DNA of 57,586 nucleotides, counting the filler, from Sluysia triapertura (Eukaryota), in NCBI GenBank assembly GCA_046118255.1. It is 4 parts of 4 records of this genome, joined end to end, with 100 filler letters (N's around TTAATTAATTAA, not from the genome) between each part and the next. Parts side by side here need not be neighbours in the genome. Positions count along the whole stretch, not along the records: positions 1 to 16,645 come from JBJNIA010199486.1; 3 more parts are not named here. One strand, 5' to 3'. Both the position numbers and the translations under genes were made by a program. The notes under the pieces were generated by a model. That model had not been told where the DNA came from. It was given only the letters and a program-made list of their open reading frames with translations, and made no database searches. Position 1 is the stretch's first letter; each line of letters starts with the position of its first letter. Below, piece by piece: positions 1 through 10,506 of the stretch.

Positions 1-71
<71 letters not shown>
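1..71. repeat. (AAT)n microsatellite
   Basis: Perfect AAT run from the window start. Confidence 0.95.
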
Positions 72-73
<2 letters not shown>

Positions 74-395
74 TAGTGTAATTTAATTATAAAAATAAGC
101 ATAAAATTTTATATTAATAACAATAATAAAATTATTGACAATAAAATTATAACAAAAATTAATAATAAAAGCGATAATGATAATAATAAAATATTTAATA
201 AGGTATTTGCTTTTTAAAAGGATTGAATTTGTAATAATTGATTTACATTTAAGATTTTTATGGAAATGTCGAAGTGTAAAGATGAAGATGAAACAGTGAA
301 TGATTGAATGTGAATTAATAGTTTTTGTCTTAATTTGAAATGATGAATAAGATTTTATTTTCTTATTTTTCATTACCTAAGCTAATACCATAAAT

Positions 396-729
396 CAGGG
401 TTGGCAAAGCTCCTTGATAGTCTGAGCCATTTTTCAAATTTTAAATTTTTCGCGAGCCGCATTTAAATACGTGTTAAAAAAGTATGTACAAAAGATATTA
501 AAAATTTTTTTGATAAGTCATATCATTCTTAACTTGGACAGAAATTAAATTTCTTACAAAGTATTGCACTTAGTCTTTCATATTTGTCAGTAATTTAAAA
601 GACATTTTGCAACACGTACGAAACGACAATTTTTTAAAATATAGTTACAGAAAAATGAAAAGGGAATTCAGGTACATTTATCGAGAGCCACAAATAATCC
701 TTCAAAGAGCCGCAGTTTGACCACCCCTG
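396..729. mobile_element. Non-autonomous hAT element (MITE)
   Basis: Termini CAGGGTTGGCAAA ... TTTGACCACCCCTG. 8-bp TSD CCATAAAT (388-395) / CCATAAGT (730-737). Internal GAGCCGC subterminal motifs. Confidence 0.85.
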
Positions 730-1419
730 CCATAAGTAATGATACAAACGGCAATGGTAAGACAAATTTTGTAAACCATAAGAATAATATTGGATTATTG
801 ACAACATTAAGATATTGAGTGAATTAAATTTGTTATCATGTTATTTAATAAATATTCCTTATTCTTATTAAGAACATATGGAATAAGTTTTAAATCAAAA
901 GTGAATTTATATTTTAATAACGTTTGTGGTGTTGACTCACCATATGTCTTTATCTCGTTTATTTAGCTAGGTCGCAATAGTATTGAGAAATATAAATCAC
1001 AATACAAATAAGATGTTATTTTCTGAATATTTTGATGTTCTAAACTTACTACTTTTAAGATCTCTTAAAGTTTATTTGAAAGTGTAATTATTACATTAAA
1101 ATCTGAACAATATTGATAACTTATTTGACAATTTCTGACTATAGACTTAATTCTTTGTTAAATCTATTTTGATTATCAAAAATCATTAAAGATTTATAAT
1201 TCATGATATATTTTCGAATAACTTATTTTAAGCACACCCAATGATTCACAATCTAAAATTACTTGGCACATGTTGGTTATTAAATATTGATTTATTTTTA
1301 TTCGAACTACGTAAAATATAAAAGTCATTTTTAACTGAAAAAAATACAAAAAGAACAAAATTTACATCTTTTTTAAATGGTGTGATTTAACACATCGTAT
1401 TATAATAGAATAATTCAAT

Positions 1420-1530
1420 CAAATTCTCCAAATGAGAAGATCTTAAGGAATTACATTGGTTTCCAATAAAAGCAAGAATAGAATTCAAGATCATGACAAT
1501 AATTTACAAATGTGCTTACACTACATTATT
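1420..1530. repeat. Dispersed repeat, copy 1 (copy 2 at ~6305-6400), possibly a retroelement 3' end
   Basis: Both sites share AATTCTCCAA...CAAGAATAGAATTCAA(G/A)ATCATGACAATAATTTACAAATG. Confidence 0.6.
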
Positions 1531-2378
1531 ATTATTAATAATAATATATTATTACTATATATTATTACGAATTGTAGTAAGAAAAGCAATAAAGTTTGCA
1601 ATATATAATTCGAAATAATTATTTAAAATTTTCAAATACTGTGAAATTTAATTTAATTTAATTTAAAGTGCTAAATTTAAATTAATTTTAGCTAAGCTAA
1701 TTATAACAAATAAAGTGTACATAAATTCAAAATTTATTAAATAATTTAATAAAAGAAAAATAATTAATTGATTAAACAAATTCAATAGTTTTGTACATGA
1801 ATTCTGTTATTAAATTACCGTTATATCAGCATCATAATTGCTTTTATATTTATTAATTTTGTCATTATCCCTTCCCCATCTGAAGTAATTACGTAAAAAT
1901 ATTTAAGTATTTTTAAGAAATTATCTAAAAAACATAGTATCCTTGTTTAAATTTCATGATTTCTTTTAAATCAGAAAATAAATATAAACATTTATTAGAT
2001 TGTTCTGAAAATAAAGAGTCTCAAACTATATTTCACAAATACGATCATTTACAATTTATTTATACACCGATTTTCAATAATACACGCAGAACTAAAACAC
2101 AGAATAAACAATATGCAAAAGATTAATTATTAAAGATGAAGAATCTTCCTATAACAAATTCACTTCTTATACCTATTGCATAAATGCTAACATAATCCCC
2201 CAGTTAGTATAGCTTGATGTTATATCTGATAATTTTCCAAATTATGCAATCTTACTGAATTATCAGTTACGTTATGTAATTAATTAAATTTAAATATTAT
2301 GAAATCGATAGGATTAATTATTTTATAATTGTTAGTTTTAATACATTTTCGGAATCAACTACATTTATGGTTAAATAA

Positions 2379-2706
2379 TTAATCACTTTTAATTACATTC
2401 AGATTAATCACATCACCATTAAAATCAATTAAGTTATTATTTTCATAAGCAATTCTAAATCTAATTACATCTGAATTTTTATTGGGTTATATTTAATATG
2501 CATCTGGTTCTATTATATCAATGTGAAAATATTTCTCCTGATAAATTTAATATCATTGGTTGTATTAAAAAATTGTATTATAATTTAATTCTTTATTTAA
2601 ATAAATAAGACAAGGAAAATTAATTTCAAATTCAGATATTTGTGCTGAAATTATTGCGGAATATTTTGTCGATAATGCTTTCCAATTTTTCTAAAGAATT
2701 CTCCAT
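2379..2706 (-). mobile_element. Polinton/Maverick-like minor capsid (penton) gene relic, internally deleted and frameshifted
   Basis: Minus-strand pieces MENSLEKLESIIDKI, IISAQISEFEINFPCLIYLNKELNY and DIIEPDAY*I*PNKNSDVIRFRIAYENNNLIDFNGDVINLNV resemble the N-terminal (F.P.I.L....Y) and C-terminal (I.D....IDF.G..I) motifs of Polinton-type pentons. Confidence 0.55.
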
Positions 2707-3406
2707 TTGTTAGATTATTTTTGTATATGTTTAAAATTATACCTGTAGTGTTACAGTCACATTTACATAAAATCAACTCACTCAATAAGAATTTAATAGA
2801 TTTTTGTAATTACATTTTAATAATAATCTTTCATAAAGTAAACGTGTTTCATTTTAAGCCCAGTTGAATTTCAGCTTGAATTTTGAATTTTCTAAGAACT
2901 TAGTTATTTCCCTGTCATTACAATATCTTTAAAAACATAATATTTTAGTCTAAGCATGTTGATCTTGAACTGTATTAAAAATATAATTAAAAATTCGGTC
3001 TTTCTTTGTAAGTTTTATACAATAAGAATCAAAATAATATTTTTTAAATAATAATAATTTAAAACAACGCTTTGATTTTGTGATTTTTAGTATTATTGAC
3101 TTTATATAATTCATTGTTCATTAATAAAATAATTTCAAGTACTTGGCATTGTTGTATAAAGCTAAATTAGCTTCGGCTTTAATGCCAAATGCTTAAAAAA
3201 CATTTTAATATACTTTTTAATGAAATTCTAAGACTAAATTGAAACTGATCGATATAAAAGGTTCGAACAAATATGTCCAAAATCGCATTCACAAAATTTC
3301 ACGAATCAATTTATTGATAATATCGACTTACGTTGTATTTCTTTATTTAATAACCCATATAAAATTAAATAATACTCAATCATGAAGATATCAATTGATA
3401 GTTAAC

Positions 3407-3754
3407 CTGTATCATGTTATCTTCCTTGAAATCAAAGGGCAACTTCTGAAAACTGAGATAATGTTCGATCAGATCAGCAATTAGTCGAAATTTAGAAAAA
3501 TTGATCAACTGAACCGATTCATCTTTATTGACAAAATCCGAATAGCACAAATCCAGATGTATTATCTTAGTTTTATCACCCATTGCGATGTAGGGAATAG
3601 CGGGTGCTACTACAGAATGGACACGTTTGTAGTAGGTAGTCGTGTAGGATTCGGACGTGGAGTCATCTTCTATTCGTCGTAGAGCTTCAATTTCTTGTCT
3701 ATAATGTTGTCGTAGAACTTTGTTTGTTACCAAGTTATTATTCGTCTTGATATA
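3407..3754 (-). CDS. SOS: SOS-like exon: CDC25 domain C-terminal half (helical hairpin region)
   Basis: Acceptor TTGCAG at 3760-3755, donor CAG|GTTAAC. Encodes PAIPY...LINFSKFRLIADLI...FQKLPF. It may instead read through to the stop at 3380. Confidence 0.85.
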
Positions 3755-6700
3755 CTGCAAACATCAAAGATGCAATTTAAACAATGGATTGTTTTATTTC
3801 GGACCTAATCGAGTTTATCATTTTAAATCTCAAACTACAGCTTAATATTCAATTTCATGATAACCCCGAAATAATAATCATATAATACCTCAAAAGTATC
3901 CTTTAGTCTAAAAACAGAAGAAGACATGAGAGCACCACGGCATTCCTGTGCACCCTGTAAATTGTTGTGCTTCTCAAATTTATCCATCATGTCGATTATT
4001 CGCAATATGACTGTGGCTCGATCTATGATGTTCTGACGAGTCACAGTTTCTAGAACGAGCCAGTGAAGCATCTGAAAAAACAAGTAATGTTTATTAGTAT
4101 TTGATTATGCGGGAGATTTTTTATTTCATTCAATAACTCGGGACAAAGAAGTCAAAAAAGCATGCCCATCTAGGGTTTATCGTAAACACAATTATTCTAA
4201 TGGATACATAACTTTAAAATATTCATTCAGTCCCCAATCGATTGCGATATAAAAATATCGACCCAATGTAATAATATGCAGTGATGGTCAAATTATTATA
4301 CTAAAACAGGAAAATATGTTTTCTTTGGTTTTCTTAGTATTTGTTACCCTGGCTTGGAAACTCCATACATGAATCACATAGAAAATCTATGGGACATTGA
4401 AAAAAGGAGAGTTTCTACCGATAAACCAACCACCACGACGGAACCTATTGAAACACTGATAAAAATATGGCATCAGGATGCCCCAATCTCATCCGTGGCA
4501 TGCGCCTTTAAGGATCAGGAAATTATTGAATAATAAAGGAGGGCAAACAAAGTATACTGATACAGCAGTCTGTACATATTTGATTTGTAGTAAATTGTGT
4601 TATCACATTCTACTTGAATAAAATTTCAGTATGTTTTGGATCGCAGTGTTTTTATCTATTATTTTACTTTCACCAGAATGTTTTGGAGAAAATAGTTATT
4701 TTCCAACATTATACATTCTCCGTGACAATGTTTTATACACTTTTGATTAATAGTTTCATAGTATCCTTGAAAATGTTGAATTTTATCACAAACATGTTTG
4801 TCTTTAGTCGAATAATTTGGCCATCACTGTATATCGATATATTTTTTAATTTAAAATGAAAAATAATTTAACAACACTTCTTAATATGGAATCGAATTAT
4901 GAAGAATACAACATATGTGATACTAACAATATCAGATCTATTGCTCCATGATTCTTCTTCGGCTTTCACAAAGCCAACCGAACTGCCCATGTCTCTTAAA
5001 TCTGGGTCTGGAATATTGAATCTGTCAATCAAAGTCTGGAGAAGTTGTTGAGGAGTGGTGAATTGTCGATAAATCAGCAAGAACTTGTTCAGAGTCTTGA
5101 TGTCACAAAATGAATGAGACGTCAGATGAGATACTAATTTATCCAAAGTAGCTGCACGAACCACCGGGATTTCGGAACTGTTATCTGAAGCACTTGGTTC
5201 ATATTCGATATTGAATTCAGAATCGGGCGTGGCAAATCTACATAGTATCAAGAATAGTATCAATTTTTAACCACTTCAGTGAAAAAGTCGTACCTCACCC
5301 GCAGTATAGTTTAATGTTTAAAAACCAAATGAATTTCTTTAAACATGTTGTTATTGTTCTTTTTATATTACAACTTAATTGTAAAGTGGCTTTACATTAC
5401 CAGACTGCTTCGAAAAGTATCACATGATTATTATTAGTTTGTAAATAATTTCTTTAAAAAAGAAGCCATGTTTTACTCTTATTGTCGTAAATTTAGCTAT
5501 TTTCTGTGTTTTTCTATTATTATATCAAGAATTTTGTTTGTTTCATCTTAAGTTTTTATTTTTCAATTTCTATTTAATGTCTTACCATTATTACTTTATA
5601 AAATTGCACTATTTTACAAATGAAATAGTTTGTACTTTTATATAAATATAGTAAATAAAAATAAAAGTATGTTCAAGTTTTATTTTATGATAACTCCACG
5701 AAAAGCTTAATTGTTTGCACGCGTACTAATCTTCGATATTTAATCGTAAAGCAAGGGGATAATATGTAAGTTTATAAAAGTTAGCCAAATAGGATATCTC
5801 TGAATGTTATAGAAATAATATTTGATATGCTGAAAGAATACGCCAAAAGTAAATGATGTGAACTTATTAATTTTTTGCACCTTCAATCATTAAAATATTC
5901 ACAATGTTTCAAAGGTAACAAAGTAACCTGTACACTGAAGGAGATGGTAATTTCAAAGGTACTTCTTCTTGGTTCTTCAAAACCACAAATTGGGAAAATA
6001 ATCTTAATAGATAAAAAATGTAACATACATAAATCTATTTACCTATTAGTTTGAAGCATCAATAATGAAGCAACCCAATCGATTTTATCTTCTACACTGG
6101 GAAAAACAATTCGAATAGCAATTACAGTTTGTTGTTGTTGTTGCTGCTGCTGCTGGCCACTCGATCCTGACATTTCTGATATTGAAGGAAAATGTTTCTT
6201 TCCCGAAGTTATGGTCTAAATTAAATTAACAATGGTTTGTTGTACTCAATTTCATATAGAAAAGTGGAAAAATTACAATTAATAATTAATCAAGCAGCAA
6301 GACTAATTCTCCAAGTGGGAAGACGATCTCATGGTTGCCGATAAAAACAAGAATAGAATTCAAAATCATGACAATAATTTACAAATGATTACATTTCATT
6401 TATTAGAAATAAAAAATTTGGAAACCAAGATGAATATTTCATTCAGACAATAATAATCTACACAGAATCAACAGTGATAATAAGAGCTAGGTCAGGCGTG
6501 CGCAAACATTTATTTTTGGCGCCCCCAAACTTAATAAAAAATCAAAAAAACTTCATAAATAAAATAAACACATTTTTAATAACAAAAAATATTTTTTTGT
6601 TTCTTATAAATTAAATAAATTAAATATTATGAACAACAACAGTTCTGATTCTTTAGCAAAAATAAAGAAAAATTAACAAAATTAAATTTTAATTCTTTAT

Positions 6701-9700
6701 ATCAAAAATGCAATATTATATCTATATTTTTTCAACACGTCGCTGTTATTTAATAGCTGCTATTTCGCGATTCTGCTAAAATAGCAGAATACCAAATAGC
6801 ATAACATCTCTAGTGCACATGTATAATTGTTTTATGAATTTTTAAGTATATTTTCTTTGAAATTGTATTCAAGAACGTAGATTATGGAATTACTTGAATT
6901 GGTAAAAAACAAAAAAAATAATCAAAGAAAAAACAAAACTTTGTTTGTAAATTCTAACAATTTTAGATTTTTAGCGCCTCCAAATTATTATCACGCGCCC
7001 CCATCCGGGGCTCGTCCCCTAGTTTGCGCACCTTTGTGCTAGGTGATAGGTTGTATACCGTTTATGTTTCAAAAATATACGAGTTACCAGAGAATGTCAA
7101 TCTACTGGAAGATTATGAAATATTTAAGAAATAGGCAAAGTTCTTTCTGTTTCAGAAATATTATAGTGAATGATTTATTTTAAGCGTTTTTGAGTACTTA
7201 ATATATAAATTAATATTATTATTTCGTATAATATTTTGGATATTTTTATAATGAATATACTGAACGATTTCAATATAATGTTTAAATTTGAATAAAGTCA
7301 TATCTCTCTCTACATCACGGATCTTTGGTATCCCATCTGCAGAATATCCCCGATGAATCAAATAATTTAAATACTAAACCGATTTTTTCAAATTTACCAT
7401 TGAATAATCACAGATTAAATTATCAAAAGTCTGTTCAAATTACGAGTTATCGAATATTTGGTTATGTATTATGGCCAATTTCATCTATATACAGGTTGTC
7501 CCAAAAGTAACCGAACCGCAAACTTAAATAAAAAGCCGAACATTTCTTGCATGACACTGGTCTAAAACCATACAGACCTCATCTTCTTCATGCCCGAAAC
7601 GATTAGAATGTTGTGAGAATTTTGTACAAATTTGTGAAGAATCACCAGATTTTCCAGATTTCATCTTATAGAATGATGAAGGCTGCTTCAAACTGAATGT
7701 TAACATAATGTTTATTGGGACAGTGAGAATCCCAATCTTATTATTGAAGTGGAAGTCAGTGTTCCTAGAGTCACAGTCTGGCCTAGTTGGATCATTCTTA
7801 TTTGAAGGAACTTTAATGGTGAAGGCTAACGTGTTTCCTATAGTTAATGAGTTCCCCCATTTCGGTGATTTTCACTTTCAACAAGATGGAGCACCTGCGT
7901 ACTACATCAAGGATGTTAGATAATGGCTTGATGAAACATTTCCTGGCCGTTGGATTGGATGGCGAGGACCAATCGAATGGCCTGTCATGTGACATAATCA
8001 TGATGGTTCTGCACTTATCACAATTTACACTCTCTAATATATATCAAATCTTTTATCGACGACGATTACACTGTTTAAGAATTGTAAGACCGTCCAACAT
8101 TCATCGAGATCACACAAACCTATTTATGCAAAAAAATGGATATCATTCGAACGTTATAACAGTCCGAAAAAATATCTATCTCCGAATAATACCAATCCAA
8201 TCTTTGAATGATGTTATTAAATATTACTAAATAATAACATAAAATCATCAAAATCACAAAAGCTATATATTTAAGACTATGATTAAGATAATTGATTTAT
8301 ATCCTTAATATATAATCAGAAATCTTAAAGACCTGAAAAAGCATAGCATTAGTAAAAATGTATAGTATACAAATCGTCATCAAAATCATCATCATTGTCA
8401 TTATTAAGAAAATATTGTTCATAAACTACACTTTGATTCTTCTCCAGCCACTACCTCTTGTCAATTTTCTTTGATTTGATTGTAGATAATTGATAATGAT
8501 ATTTGGAGTCAATTTAGATTTGATCTACAGAATAAATGGTACCATTTTCGACACACTCTTTATATTCTTGATGACTTATGATGGTACTACTTTAACCTTA
8601 TTGTATTCATTAGTAATAGATAATAAGGAATAGCATTTGAGCATCAAAAATGTTCATTCAACATATTTTACCTATCTTTAAATTAACCTATTATATCTTG
8701 AAATTTAGTACGATACAATGGATGGTTTATATTATAATTTGACGTGTCCAATAATTCATCTTTAATCATTTCATTTAATAAAGTATCTAAATTAATATTA
8801 GTACATTTTAAAAAGGAACTATCAGAATCATCAGCCATAATTTCAATCTTACAATTAAATTGCTCATAATATTTTTCTAATTCTTTATGTGGTAATTGAT
8901 ACATTCTTAATTTAATTCTTGTTGCATTTTAATGCCTTATTATAATTGTCATCACTTATATCATTATTCCATCTTGGTGATGATGATTTAATATTTTGTA
9001 GTCACAGAGTGCTGTAGCCACGTGATATGGAAAAATATCTTTTCAATTTGTTACACTATTTGAAAATACTTTACTAGTTAATGATAATGTAAACATTGTG
9101 CTAGTTAAATATGCTAATCTACTTGGTAAAAATTGAAAAATATCTATAAATTTAATTGAAAAATTGTTTAATGATTTAATATAAGCAAATAAGGCTTGAA
9201 AATTTTCTGAACCTTGTGATATACAAGTTATTTCCCAATTTATTAATTTATCCACTGCATATTTTAATATATGATGAATGATTTGTAAATCTAAAAAAAT
9301 AATTTAATTAAAATAACATCAAAGTATTTATTTTCTTTTTCGGCCTTGTTTGTTATTTTCAAATAATTTAAAATTAATTTAATAAAATGTTGAAAATTAC
9401 TTTTACATATTTTGATTTCTGAAATATTTTCCTGTTCGACGACTTTCTAAAATTAAATTGTGTCCCAGGTATCCTACAATTTTTTCATTGTTTAAATGTA
9501 TTTGTACGATGAATACAAGTATCAAGTATTTGTATCACTAGTACAAAGGCGATGATAATTTAAAATAGTTTAAAATATTAAAAATACTGCCGAACTCACG
9601 ACAAAATAAAAATATTTGAAACCGCAATATATTTATAACACAAAACAAAAGAATATAAAAATAGAATTATTTGTTCGTTTCTCTCAAAATTTTCGACCTT

Positions 9701-10436
9701 CTGTAACAATTACGATTATTCACACAATGTTTTCTATATCTGAAATTAAATTAAAATTAAAAATTAATAAAATTTACATCCATTAGGGCTCTCCGGTAAA
9801 TAGGGAATATATTCGTCATTAAGTATGACTTCTAATATGTCGGCATTTTCTTTTTCGAACTTAAATTGTCCGATAATTTGTCGATACCCAGCGGTGCTCT
9901 GTAGTCTTCCCAATTCGGCCAAATTTTGGACAGATATTTGGTATTGATTCATGGTAATAATTTATTGAAAAGTAATAAAATGTACTAATTTATATATTTT
10001 TTTTGAAATTATCCAATTATAAATTATAATCGTATTTAATACTAGATCGTATTTCAAATATTTCAGGTTCAAGCATGCATTCGTTACCAAGTTTATTGAT
10101 TGTGGCAGGACATGATTAGATTCTAATTGGAGATGAAATACATTCTATTGGTTTCTTACAGCCCATCGTTCTGAACTTACCATTTTCAAAAATAATCAAT
10201 GGATAATTTTATAATTTGTATATATAATGCTTTAAATGACTAATATGATGGTTCAACCTTTCATCTGTGATCACATATTACACAAAAAATTCACATAAAA
10301 ATCCAGTTCAAATACATAACAACTCGCGTCCAGTGCACTTCTACGTAACATTCATAACACAACAAAAACGCTGACTTTCTAACAAAGTAAAGTGATTAGA
10401 ACTTTTGTTTTGTTTTCTAGTATGTTAGTAGAAAAG

Positions 10437-10506
<70 letters not shown>

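Noticed and set aside
83-373. 96-aa Ile/Phe-rich ORF, and similar ones at 4614, 17182, 34926, 37719, 49889, 53322 and 55094
   Set aside because: Low-complexity products of AT-rich or repeat DNA, or antisense to TE relics, with no motifs or splice support.
1818-1879. AG/GT-bounded block WGRDNDKINKYKSNYDADIT as the next SOS exon
   Set aside because: Phase is incompatible with the phase-0 donor at 3406 and it has no SOS similarity. More likely part of the adjacent Polinton-like relic.
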